NCBI GenBank assembly: GCA_964619545.1
Contig: CAZUED010000001.1
Location: 1-47,897 of the forward strand
Reading direction: 5' to 3'
DNA: 47,897 bases
Origin: an uncultured Muribaculaceae bacterium
GTDB lineage: Bacteria; Pseudomonadota; Alphaproteobacteria; Rs-D84
The position numbers and the translations under genes are program-made. Positions 20,001-28,456 of this stretch are shown here, piece after piece (the stretch's first letter is position 1; the number at the start of each line of letters is the position of its first letter). The notes below the pieces were generated by a model. That model was not told the DNA's origin. It saw only the letters and a program-made list of their open reading frames with translations, and did no database searches.

Positions 20001-20110
20001 GTGAAACAATCATGAAAGACGCACTGATAACAAATATGAAATCTGGAAGTGGAGAATTTGATACGGAAATAGATGGTCATAAACTATCTATTAAAATAAC
20101 AAAGGCGTAA
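17099..20110 (+). CDS. ileS: Isoleucine--tRNA ligase (type 2, eukaryote-like)
   Basis: 1003 aa. FYDGPPTPSSKPHVGHL (HIGH region), GWDVHGLP, DCWFESGAMPFA, EGIDQTRGWFYTL, KMSKS. Confidence 0.93.
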   Translation: MSYPKTEPKANFPQLERQIMDFWRGDDTFHKALAANAVKKPRVDFSFYDGPPTPSSKPHVGHLGVSAVKDMVFRYHTMRGQYVTHQFGWDVHGLPAEVTVEKQTGCKSIDIVAKDGIAAFCDMCRSGLMLYADEWRGYINRIGRWVDFGSDGQEYITMDTKYMESVLWALKSLYEKGLLYEDYKVNPFSWKLGTVVSNADAAKEYTDVIDDAVTVWFELIDGRRVLAWTTTPWTLPGNSALAVNPKMKYLVVRDADGAEYIIAESRFKAYEKQLASAEKVGELFGSDLVGLKYKPLFNYYTDEKLYSIIPADYVSDSDGTGIVHIAPAYGQEDFAAAREFDNEFPVILNVDDYGNFTSDVKDWAGENIFDASPKIIQHLQSNGHLVKKEQYKHSYPFDDRTHTKLIYRATNSWYINVPAVRDRLMENNKQVNWTSAGERFRSWIENARPWAITRNRFWGTPLPIWKRGDEIKVFGSIAELEEFFGVKINDLHRPTLDKLEKDGWKRIPDVLDCWFESGAMPFAALHYPFENKDKFDKTFPADYIIEGIDQTRGWFYTLMVLATALFDKPAFKTVSANGLTLDEQKRKMSKSLGNFEDPSKVFDDYGADAIRLYLLGSNFIKGEPVLIDKAGKVFNEPIKNILTPLWNAYHFFTLYANAGNVTAKDLSTSENVLDKYILAELDELIGVVSNSLNDYKPDVAVREFTRFLEILNNWYIRRCRERFWDEDQTAFDTLHFVLTSVCKLLAPLAPFISDYIYRNLTGKESVHLEAFPKCEKNNNVQLMDDMRRVQMIVATGKMLRENYKLRNRLPLKSLMIAGADMNEFSDILRDELNVKSVVFSSNVASVADSFVYLITPKIGARLGGKLKEIMAASKQSEFNPSEWGLLGDEYEMRLNVKDGITGAALPDNTAVVVLDTNMTPELLAEGLANDALRFIQDTRKTIGLDVSDRIILEYNSDIELADALEAHRETIMKDALITNMKSGSGEFDTEIDGHKLSIKITKA

Positions 20111-20125
20111 TCAAAGGAATATAAA

Positions 20126-20680
20126 ATGAATTTTTATAAAACCGAATTTTCTGGTGTTTTTATAATAGAGCCAAAAATCTTTCCGGATTCTCGTGGGTAT
20201 TTTTTCGAGTCTTATAATGAACAAGAATTTTGTGCCAATGGAGTAAAAAACAGATTTGTGCAAGACAATCAATCTTTTTCCAGTTATGGAACTATTCGTG
20301 GAATACATGCGCAAATTGGCGATTTTGCCCAGGCAAAACTTGTTCGCGCGATCAAAGGTCAGGTGCTGGATGTCGCTGTTGATTTACGTAGGGGCAGTCC
20401 AACCTTTGGTAAGCATATTTCGGTTTTATTAAATGATCAAGAAAATAATATGCTGTTTATTCCCCGCGGTTTTGGACACGGATTTTCAGTTCAATCTGAA
20501 ACGGCAATCTTTGGATATAAATGTGATAATTTTTATAACAAAAACTCTGAAAGTGGAATTATTTATAATGATGCAAAATTAAACATTGATTGGAAAATTC
20601 CGAAAGAAAAAATACTTACATCTGACAAAGATTTGCTGTGGCCGACTTTATCGGAATGGAGCGCCAAAAATTCAAGATGA
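20126..20680 (+). CDS. rfbC: dTDP-4-dehydrorhamnose 3,5-epimerase
   Basis: 184 aa cupin. ...IIEPKIFPDSRGYFFESYN...FVQDNQSFSSYGTIRGIH...LFIPRGFGHGF... typical of RmlC. Confidence 0.9.
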   Translation: MNFYKTEFSGVFIIEPKIFPDSRGYFFESYNEQEFCANGVKNRFVQDNQSFSSYGTIRGIHAQIGDFAQAKLVRAIKGQVLDVAVDLRRGSPTFGKHISVLLNDQENNMLFIPRGFGHGFSVQSETAIFGYKCDNFYNKNSESGIIYNDAKLNIDWKIPKEKILTSDKDLLWPTLSEWSAKNSR

Positions 20681-21306
20681 AACTGACACCAAAAATTTAT
20701 TTTGAGCGCGTTCCCGCATGTCTGAACATGGAAATTCGGAGCGAGTTGTATCACACTAATGAATTTACATTTGCGGTCGCAGTTATTTTATCCGCCCAGG
20801 CAACTGATAAAAAGGTTAACGAGGTTACGCCCACATTATTTGCCATCGCTGATACACCGCGAAAGATGATGAAACTGGGTGAAGACGGACTGAAAGAGCA
20901 TATCAAAGTAGTTTCATTTTTTAATAATAAAGCAAAAAGTATTATGGGACTCAGTCGCGCGCTGGGCGATTCTGATTTGCCGCACGATCGCGATGCATTG
21001 ATGAAATTACCGGGTATTGGGCAAAAGACTGCGAATGTTATTATGAATGTGCTGTGGGGTGCACCAAATATAGGCGTTGATACTCACGTTTTTCGTAATG
21101 CCCACAGATATGGCTGGGTTAATAACAATGCAAATACTCCGGAAAAAGTTGAAGCCCAGCTGATGAAGCTTATTCCGAAAAAGTATCATCCAATCGCAAA
21201 TCACGTTATGGTTTTGCATGGACGATATATCTGCAAAGCATTGCGTCCAAAATGTAGTGATTGTCCAGTTGCCAAGTGGTGCGACGCGACATGTAAAACC
21301 ATATAA
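20677..21306 (+). CDS. nth: Endonuclease III
   Basis: I prefer the ATG at 20677 (ATGA overlap with the rfbC stop). HhH motif LMKLPGIGQKTANVI; 4Fe-4S cluster CKALRPKCSDCPVAKWC. Confidence 0.92.
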   Translation: MKLTPKIYFERVPACLNMEIRSELYHTNEFTFAVAVILSAQATDKKVNEVTPTLFAIADTPRKMMKLGEDGLKEHIKVVSFFNNKAKSIMGLSRALGDSDLPHDRDALMKLPGIGQKTANVIMNVLWGAPNIGVDTHVFRNAHRYGWVNNNANTPEKVEAQLMKLIPKKYHPIANHVMVLHGRYICKALRPKCSDCPVAKWCDATCKTI

Positions 21307-21331
21307 AAAAACCGGCATTTGCCGGTTTTTT
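21305..21331. terminator. Bidirectional terminator between nth and pheT
   Basis: ACCGGC-ATTT-GCCGGT (21311-21326) flanked by A6 and T5. The genes are convergent. Confidence 0.8.
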
Positions 21332-23657
21332 ATTTATCCCTGATTTTTGCACCACATTTTTTTTCAACACTTGTAATCACGGCATTCTGAATTTCTAATA
21401 ATTCTTCCGAATTCAGATTTTTATTCGGCTCTATCAAAATCTCGAAAGCCACAGATTTATTACCATCGCACATTTCAAACACATCAAATATGTTTGTGTC
21501 TTTGATTTGTTCATCTGCCGCAATGGCCGCATCTAACAAATCTTGTGGATCTGTATTTGCATCTGTTATAAATGCAAAATCACGAGTGATTGGTAATAAG
21601 TCTGACATTGATAATTTTCTGCCGTTTTTATCAGATATAATTTTTTCACTTTTTTCTTCTGAAAAATTTCTACCTGTCGGTATATTGATAATTCCAATTA
21701 TTACCTTTGTTTTTATTTTTAATTTTTTTGCAACCGATGGATGTAATTCTCCAAATTCAATGTTTTCACCAAGGCAACCATATCTGTATGGATGAGCCCA
21801 CGCAGGAACTTTTTCCGGCACATTAAGGGTTTTATCCGGAAATGCTTGCAAGAAAGCATCACGTATATCATATATATCACACTCTCGGCCATGCTTGGCC
21901 CATGTTTTATCAGTTGCTAAACCGGTACGAATTATCACCAGCTGTTGATGTTGTTGTCCTGGTTTATATCCATCAAAAACCGTTCCTTGCTCAAACATAC
22001 GCAAATTAGTCCTTCCACGGCGTTCATTTTCTTTTACTGCCAACAACAAATTACTGATTAAGCTTTTACGCATTACATCTAATTCATTTGTAATGGGATT
22101 TTTAACTTTTACATGGTTTGTGATTCCTATTATTTCTTCTATCTTGGAATCGGTAAAACTAAAGCTGATATTTTCTGTATATCCGAACTTGTTAAGGTTC
22201 ACCTTAATCGGATTGTATATTGGCTTGTATTCTGGTGAATGTTTTTTAATTTTGATTTTATCATAGCCACCAATACGAACCAGCTCGGAAATAATGTTTT
22301 CCGGTATTAAAACATCAACGCGCGCAGACGGCGGAATTATAACCCACATATCTTTATCGCCTTGAATAATAAATCCAAGATTTTCCAAAATTTCTTTTTG
22401 CTGATTTTCAGGCATATCAAAGCCTGTTTTTTTAACAAAAAGACTGGGATTATAAGAAATCCTACGTGGATCTAAATCCGCCAAAATTGGATTTTGTTGA
22501 TCCCAATCGCGCAAAGGAACACAAGCGTCCCCTCCACATGAATCGTGAATTAATTTTGCCGCATGTGAAATACCAGCCAAAGTAATAGTTGGATCAATGC
22601 CCCGCTCATAGCGATATGAAGCATCCGATTGAATTCCTAAACGTTTTGATGTTTTTCGAATACCAACGGGCTCGAAATAAGCACTTTCTAATATAACATT
22701 TTTTGTTTTATCGGTTGTCATACCACGTACGCCACCGATAACCCCAGCCAATGCTAAAACACCTTTGCTGTCAGCGACAACCAAATCCGTCTTGATCAAA
22801 GTATGTTTGATTCCGAACAAGTCTGTAAATTCTTCACCATCTTTTGCATTGCGAACAATTATATCTCCTGCAACTTCATCTGCGTCAAAGCAATGCATAG
22901 GCTGCCCCAGATCATAACAAACATAATTAGTTGCATCTATTGGTGCATTTTTTGGATTAATCCCAATTGCTGACAAACGCGATGCAATTTTATCGTTGCT
23001 TTGCGACATTTTAATGTTTTTGATTTCACATAAATGGTAAATCGGGCAGGCGGTATAGTTTTCTATTTTTGCTTTACGCTCGCCTTTTATTTCGCCAAGA
23101 AAATCACAATTTTTATTCTTGAAATTGCCAGCTCCAGATGCGGCTAAATCCCGTGCAATTCCGCGTACCGATAAATAATCAGGTCTGTTCGGAGTAATCC
23201 CCGCATCAAAAATAATTATATGTTTTGCATTTGTTGCAGGAATGCCCAATCTAGAATCGGACGCCAATTCTATAATTCCGTCATGATTATTACCAATGCC
23301 TAATTCTTTTTCACTGCACATCATGCCGTCTGATAAAAAGCCACGTATTTTTCCACTTTTTATTTCCATATCTCCAATCTTGCAACCAGGGACCGCCAGC
23401 GCAGAAACTAATCCAGCGCGAGCATTCGGAGCCCCACATACAACCTGCCGCAAAGCACCAGATCCATCATCAACTTTTAATAAATGCAGATGAGTGTCCG
23501 GTATATCATTGCATTCGATAATCTTTGCAACAATGGGCGCGGGCGTTTCTATTAAATCCTCAACTTCCAGACCAATCCTTGTCAATGTGTCTGCAATTTC
23601 AGACGGGGTCGCATCTGTTTCCAAATAATCTTTTAACCAATCATATGTCCATTTCAT
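21330..23657 (-). CDS. pheT: Phenylalanine--tRNA ligase beta subunit
   Basis: 775 aa. N-terminal MKWTYDWLKDYL..., tRNA-binding domain, B3/4 and B5 domains. Lies directly downstream of pheS. Confidence 0.94.
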   Translation of the reverse strand: MKWTYDWLKDYLETDATPSEIADTLTRIGLEVEDLIETPAPIVAKIIECNDIPDTHLHLLKVDDGSGALRQVVCGAPNARAGLVSALAVPGCKIGDMEIKSGKIRGFLSDGMMCSEKELGIGNNHDGIIELASDSRLGIPATNAKHIIIFDAGITPNRPDYLSVRGIARDLAASGAGNFKNKNCDFLGEIKGERKAKIENYTACPIYHLCEIKNIKMSQSNDKIASRLSAIGINPKNAPIDATNYVCYDLGQPMHCFDADEVAGDIIVRNAKDGEEFTDLFGIKHTLIKTDLVVADSKGVLALAGVIGGVRGMTTDKTKNVILESAYFEPVGIRKTSKRLGIQSDASYRYERGIDPTITLAGISHAAKLIHDSCGGDACVPLRDWDQQNPILADLDPRRISYNPSLFVKKTGFDMPENQQKEILENLGFIIQGDKDMWVIIPPSARVDVLIPENIISELVRIGGYDKIKIKKHSPEYKPIYNPIKVNLNKFGYTENISFSFTDSKIEEIIGITNHVKVKNPITNELDVMRKSLISNLLLAVKENERRGRTNLRMFEQGTVFDGYKPGQQHQQLVIIRTGLATDKTWAKHGRECDIYDIRDAFLQAFPDKTLNVPEKVPAWAHPYRYGCLGENIEFGELHPSVAKKLKIKTKVIIGIINIPTGRNFSEEKSEKIISDKNGRKLSMSDLLPITRDFAFITDANTDPQDLLDAAIAADEQIKDTNIFDVFEMCDGNKSVAFEILIEPNKNLNSEELLEIQNAVITSVEKKCGAKIRDK

Positions 23658-23668
23658 TTTGCTATCCT

Positions 23669-24625
23669 CTAGAATCCACTATTTTGCAACCATCTAATGT
23701 CGCCTTCGTAAAATTTACGCAAGTCGGTCAAGTTGTATTTCAGCATTGTTAATCTGTCCAAGCCAAATCCAAATGCAAAACCTTGGTATTTAGAAGGATC
23801 AACATTTACATTTCTCAGAACATTTGGGTGAACCATCCCAGCACCCGCAACTTCTAACCATTTACCAGATGACCATTCGATGTCCAACTCTATACTTGGT
23901 TCAGTAAAAGGAAAATAGCTGGGGCGAATTCGCAGATTAAATTCGCGGCCAAAAAATGTTTCTAAAAAATTCTTTAAATCTTCAACTAAATCTGAAAGAG
24001 TAATGTTTTCATCAATGTATAGTCCTTCTATCTGATGAAACATAGGTGTATGAGTCGCATCCATGTCTTTGCGATAAGTTGCACCAACGCCGCACATTTT
24101 TATAGGCACTCCTTTTTCTTCCATAGCCCTGATCTGAATTGCAGAAGTTTGACTGCGCAATACATTCCCACTTTCTAGAAAGAAAGTATCCTGCATATCG
24201 CGGGCGGGATGGTATTCTGGAGTATTCAACGCAGTAAAATTATGCCAATCATCTTCTATTTCCGGACCACGTAAAACATTGTATCCCAAAGCAGTTAGAA
24301 TTCCCGAAATTTCCGCCAATGTGTATGACAAAGGATGCATTTGTCCGGGCGATAAAATACAAGACTCGCGATCAATTTTTGCCAAAGGGTCTTGTTTTTG
24401 CTTTTCTAAATCACGCATCAAGGCAGCATTTTCTAAAAACTCTTGCCGCAACTTGAATGCTTCACGCAGCTGGGCATTCTGCTCATTTAATTTTGTGCGC
24501 GCTTCATTATCCAATGTCGCCATCTGCTTTAATTGGAAAGTCATAGTCCCATTTTTTCCAAACACAGACGCATAAAAGGCCTGCAACTGGTCAAGATTTT
24601 CAATTTGATTTATCTGTTCTTTCAT
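23669..24625 (-). CDS. pheS: Phenylalanine--tRNA ligase alpha subunit
   Basis: 318 aa. Class II motifs: HPARDMQDTFF, RPSYFPFTEPS, GFAFGFGLDRL. Confidence 0.96.
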   Translation of the reverse strand: MKEQINQIENLDQLQAFYASVFGKNGTMTFQLKQMATLDNEARTKLNEQNAQLREAFKLRQEFLENAALMRDLEKQKQDPLAKIDRESCILSPGQMHPLSYTLAEISGILTALGYNVLRGPEIEDDWHNFTALNTPEYHPARDMQDTFFLESGNVLRSQTSAIQIRAMEEKGVPIKMCGVGATYRKDMDATHTPMFHQIEGLYIDENITLSDLVEDLKNFLETFFGREFNLRIRPSYFPFTEPSIELDIEWSSGKWLEVAGAGMVHPNVLRNVNVDPSKYQGFAFGFGLDRLTMLKYNLTDLRKFYEGDIRWLQNSGF

Positions 24626-24637
24626 TATTTTTTCCCT

Positions 24638-24666
24638 AAAATAAAAAGCTGTCCATGGACAGCTTT
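24638..24666 (-). terminator. Hairpin plus U-tract between rplT and pheS (terminator/attenuator)
   Basis: Perfect 22-nt palindrome AAAGCTGTCCATGGACAGCTTT (24645-24666), followed on the minus strand by TTATTTT. It lies 20 nt before the pheS ATG. Confidence 0.65.
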
Positions 24667-24698
24667 ATTATTGCAAATGATACCCTCGCCGCCAAGGA

Positions 24699-25067
24699 TT
24701 ATTTATTTGTCGGCGCGATAAATCGTTTTGCTTCCTGGACAAGTTTGTCAAAGCCTGCACTTTTTGTGTATGCCATTTCTGCCAAAACTTTTCTATCCAG
24801 CTCTATCCCGGCCTTTTTCAAGCCATTCATAAATCTAGAATATGTCAAACCGTGTGGCCGAACAGCCGCATTGATACGAATAATCCAAAGTGAGCGGAAT
24901 TCGCGTTTCTTGACCTTACGATCACGATAGGCATATTGTCCTGCCTTTTCGGTTTTTTCACGTGCTGCACGATAAGTCGAGCCATGACGACCCAAGAAAC
25001 CTTTGGCGCGTTCCAGAATTTTATTGTGTTTTTGTTTTACGGTTGTTCCGCGTTTTACTCTTGCCAT
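24699..25067 (-). CDS. rplT: 50S ribosomal protein L20
   Basis: 122 aa. [24 protein letters not shown]...[22 protein letters not shown]. Confidence 0.97.
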   Translation of the reverse strand: MARVKRGTTVKQKHNKILERAKGFLGRHGSTYRAAREKTEKAGQYAYRDRKVKKREFRSLWIIRINAAVRPHGLTYSRFMNGLKKAGIELDRKVLAEMAYTKSAGFDKLVQEAKRFIAPTNK

Positions 25068-25082
25068 TTTTTCAGCCCCTTA

Positions 25083-25286
25083 TTATTTCAAACCATACGG
25101 CGCCAAAATTTTCGCTTGGCCGACCATGTTTTCGTTCAGATACTGCGCCTTGGATCCAGCGTTATTGGCGCGGGCGGATTTTTTTCGCAGCAATTTTTTG
25201 TGGCTGTTTCTGGCAACCCGGATTTTGCCGGTCGCGGTCATGCTTGCCCGTTTTTTCAGGTAAGACTTTGTTTTCATCTTAGGCAT
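25083..25286 (-). CDS. rpmI: 50S ribosomal protein L35
   Basis: Internal ATG at 25286 (GGAG RBS upstream) gives the 67-aa MPKMKTKSYLKKRASMTATGKIRVARNSHKKLL.... The 75-aa N-terminal extension in the ORF track is rejected. Confidence 0.93.
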   Translation of the reverse strand: MPKMKTKSYLKKRASMTATGKIRVARNSHKKLLRKKSARANNAGSKAQYLNENMVGQAKILAPYGLK

Positions 25287-25410
25287 TTTTAACTCCATAT
25301 TTATCCTGACGGCAATGCCTTGCCGCTTTGGTGACTGGTATTCTGGCAGATTTTTTAACAAAATCAAGAAAATTGTAGAAAATTGAAATCTTGGTGCTAA
25401 ACTTGGCCGA

Positions 25411-26226
25411 ATGGATATGAAAGCGGCTTCTTCTAAAATAGCGAAAAAGGTACAAGCGGGTATTGCGGCCTGTCTTTTGCCTGTGTTTTTTCTATATGTT
25501 TTATTAGACAAACCTGATTATAAAATAATGAACGCAATGGCGGACGTTATTGTTCCAGCGGCGCGCGCAGTGGGAGATGGCATAACATGGCCCGTCAGAC
25601 TTGCCGATAAATTGAGTGAAAATATACGCGTACGCCAAGGAATTCGACAAGAAAATCGAAATTTAAGAAAAAAGCTGGATGAATTGACCATCCAGCAGAC
25701 CAGTTGTATTGCACTGGGCGCAGAAAACCAGCGACTGGAACAGGCATTGGATATAGTTCGATCACAGCCCAGCAAAGCTGTTCTTGCACGTGTGATTTAT
25801 GAAAATGCCTCTTTTTCCAATAGTACTTTTACATTAGACAGGGGTGAAAAATCCGGAATCCGCAGCGGGAATGCCGTAATTTCCAAGGATGGTTTTCTTG
25901 TCGGAACAATAACTGATGTAGGAACGGATACGGCCAAAGTTCGTGGGCTGCGCGATACCGGAGCAAATACTCCTGTTCGCGTTGCTGGCAGCGATGTATT
26001 AGGATTTTTACGCGGTCGCGGCAATGCCCAACCTGTGTTCGAGCTTTTCAGTGATCAAGAGTTTATCCCAACCCCGGGCGTTATGTTGCTTTCTGTTTCT
26101 GCTGGTGGAAATTTGCCGGATGGAATCCCCGTGGGAAAAATAAAATCTGTTGGGGACGGAAAATCCGCCCCGGTATCGCCGGGTGCAAAAACAATGTCCG
26201 AAGTAGTTGTATTAATTTATAAATGA
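25411..26226 (+). CDS. mreC: Rod shape-determining protein MreC
   Basis: 271 aa. N-terminal TM, coiled coil (ENRNLRKKLDEL...ENQRLEQAL), beta-barrel domains (AVISKDGFLVGTITDV...). Followed by mreD and mrdA. Confidence 0.88.
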   Translation: MDMKAASSKIAKKVQAGIAACLLPVFFLYVLLDKPDYKIMNAMADVIVPAARAVGDGITWPVRLADKLSENIRVRQGIRQENRNLRKKLDELTIQQTSCIALGAENQRLEQALDIVRSQPSKAVLARVIYENASFSNSTFTLDRGEKSGIRSGNAVISKDGFLVGTITDVGTDTAKVRGLRDTGANTPVRVAGSDVLGFLRGRGNAQPVFELFSDQEFIPTPGVMLLSVSAGGNLPDGIPVGKIKSVGDGKSAPVSPGAKTMSEVVVLIYK

Positions 26227-26687
26227 AAAAAGTAGTTGAAGTTTTATTACCTTTTTTCGCCACATTGTTTTTGTGGCGCATGTCTTCTTCGGTGCTTAAT
26301 CCGAACGGAATTCTGGCTATGATTCCAATTTTTTATTATTCAGTTGTAAAAGAACGTGGTGGATTTATACCAATGGCTTTGATTGGTTGTTTTTTAATAG
26401 ATAAAAATTTTGATACTATGTTGTTTTGGACGGCGCTGTTTTGTTTGTTTTATGCCGTTTTGGGCCTGCAAAGCATTATAAACCCTGGCGTCCAGCGATT
26501 TCGCGGCTTGGATTTATTTATGATTTTTATTGGCTTAGGGGCGGCAATTCTTGGGATTTGGTCAGCTTTTTTAACAGGATCTCTGATTCCAATTTGGACT
26601 GGGATATGGATTTTTGTATTATCGGCCCTGGCTTACGCGCCTTTGACTTATTTATTTGAGAGGACAGAATGCTGGACAAAGAAATAG
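26223..26687 (+). CDS. mreD: Rod shape-determining protein MreD (putative)
   Basis: 154-aa polytopic membrane protein in the canonical position between mreC and mrdA. ATGA overlap with mreC. Confidence 0.65.
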   Translation: MKKVVEVLLPFFATLFLWRMSSSVLNPNGILAMIPIFYYSVVKERGGFIPMALIGCFLIDKNFDTMLFWTALFCLFYAVLGLQSIINPGVQRFRGLDLFMIFIGLGAAILGIWSAFLTGSLIPIWTGIWIFVLSALAYAPLTYLFERTECWTKK

Positions 26688-28456
26688 CCACAACTTTTGA
26701 CAGACGCAGTGCCCTGTTTCTGACAGGTGGCGCAATTTTGACCAGCGTATTAATTTTACGCATGTTGCAATTACAACTGTTCGAGCATAATAAATACAAG
26801 CGATTGTCGTTAAATAATTCTGCCCGAATTATTATTGACCCACCAGAACGTGGAAAATTTTTAAGTGCAGATGGTGCCGCACTGGCCAAGGACGAGGCCG
26901 TGTATCGCGCATTTATAATTCCGGACGAGTGCAATGATGTGCCGATTGTTCTGGCGGCTGTGCAAAAAGAGCTGGGGCTTACTGCCAAAGACATTGAAAA
27001 AATTCTGAAAAAAATCGAACGCCAGCGCAGATTCCAGCCAACTATCATTCGTGAAAATATAAAATGGGCGCAATTGGCAACATTAAAATCATTGGATTTG
27101 CCAGGATTACATCTAGAGCCCGGATTCAGCCGTAAATACCCGGGCAGTGGACTGGCTGCGCATACGATTGGTTATGTTGGAACTTTGGATGAATCACGCA
27201 CAAACCCACGCATGGCCGCAACATCGCCGTTTTTAATGACGGGTCAGGCAGGGCTGGAACGGGTTTTTGACCAGCAATTATCCGGTACCCCGGGGCAAAT
27301 TATTACACACACTGACGCATTGGGGCGAATCATAGAAGGCGATAATGAAAATCGCATTATGGCGGTACCTGGCCAAAACTTGCAAATAACATTGCGCCAA
27401 AATGTTCAGAAAAAACTAGAAGAAGCGCTGACTGCGCATGGCGCGGGATGCGGTGTTGCACTGGAATGTGCAACTGGAAACATCCTTGCGATGGCGTCTA
27501 TGCCAACATTTGATGCGAATTTGTTCCGCAGTATTGATGGTGCAGAATACATGGATCAGTTGCGCGAAAATAAATTAAAGCCTTTTATGAATAAATCTAT
27601 CGAAGGGCTTTATCCACCGGGATCTACATTCAAGATAGTTGTTGCCTTGGCTGCATTGGAATCTGGTGCGGTGACACCGACAGAAAAAATTTATTGTGAT
27701 GGCAGTTGGGAATACGGAAAACATCTTTATCACTGCTGGGAAAAAGATGGTCATGGTTGGATGAATATGGAATCCGCTTTGGCAAAATCTTGCGACGTTT
27801 ATTTTTATCAAATTGCTTTACGTATTGGAATCAATCCGATTAAATACATGGCCGAAAGGCTGGGGCTGGGCCAAAAACTGCTGGATTTGCTGCCACGTGA
27901 AATGGTTGGGGTAATTCCGGATCGTGATTGGAAACAGGCAAATGTTAAACAAAAATGGATGCATGGTGATACCATTATTTCCGGAATTGGTCAGGGTTAT
28001 ATTTTAACCAATTGTTTGCAGCTGGCTGTGATGGGCGCACGCGCCGCAACCAATCGCGAAGTTATGCCCCGCTTGATTGCAGATAATAAGGGCGATGATT
28101 CAGATTTCAGAAATCTGAAATTAAATCCGGAAAATATAAAAATTGTTATGAACGGATTATCACGGGTTACACAAGAAGGCGGAACAGCCGCCGGTGTAGG
28201 ATGGATTATCAAAAACATGGGTGGTAAAACTGGAACATCGCAAGTGCGACGAATCAGCATGGCCGAGCGACAAAGTGGTGTTAAAACCAACGAGCAATTG
28301 GTATGGGAACAAAGAAACCATGGACTTTTTGTTGGTTTGGCACCAATAGATAAACCAAAGTATTCGGTTGCTGTTATCACAGAGCACAGCGGCGGCAGCG
28401 GCACAGCAGCGCGCGCAGCAGCCGAAACAATGAAAGAAATTCTGAAAAATGGTTAG
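26669..28456 (+). CDS. mrdA: Penicillin-binding protein 2 (elongasome transpeptidase)
   Basis: 595 aa. N-terminal TM, active-site STFK (PPGSTFKIV), KTGT (GGKTGTSQV). Confidence 0.93.
   Translation: MLDKEIATTFDRRSALFLTGGAILTSVLILRMLQLQLFEHNKYKRLSLNNSARIIIDPPERGKFLSADGAALAKDEAVYRAFIIPDECNDVPIVLAAVQKELGLTAKDIEKILKKIERQRRFQPTIIRENIKWAQLATLKSLDLPGLHLEPGFSRKYPGSGLAAHTIGYVGTLDESRTNPRMAATSPFLMTGQAGLERVFDQQLSGTPGQIITHTDALGRIIEGDNENRIMAVPGQNLQITLRQNVQKKLEEALTAHGAGCGVALECATGNILAMASMPTFDANLFRSIDGAEYMDQLRENKLKPFMNKSIEGLYPPGSTFKIVVALAALESGAVTPTEKIYCDGSWEYGKHLYHCWEKDGHGWMNMESALAKSCDVYFYQIALRIGINPIKYMAERLGLGQKLLDLLPREMVGVIPDRDWKQANVKQKWMHGDTIISGIGQGYILTNCLQLAVMGARAATNREVMPRLIADNKGDDSDFRNLKLNPENIKIVMNGLSRVTQEGGTAAGVGWIIKNMGGKTGTSQVRRISMAERQSGVKTNEQLVWEQRNHGLFVGLAPIDKPKYSVAVITEHSGGSGTAARAAAETMKEILKNG

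Noticed and set aside
25287-25511. 75-aa N-terminal extension of rpmI, and the 1275 start of rpmG, the 38501 start of the HExxH gene, the 46255 start of the PilP-like gene and the 41507 start of the small ORF
   Set aside because: The extensions are not family-like. Internal ATGs with SD sequences give canonical N-termini or signal peptides.
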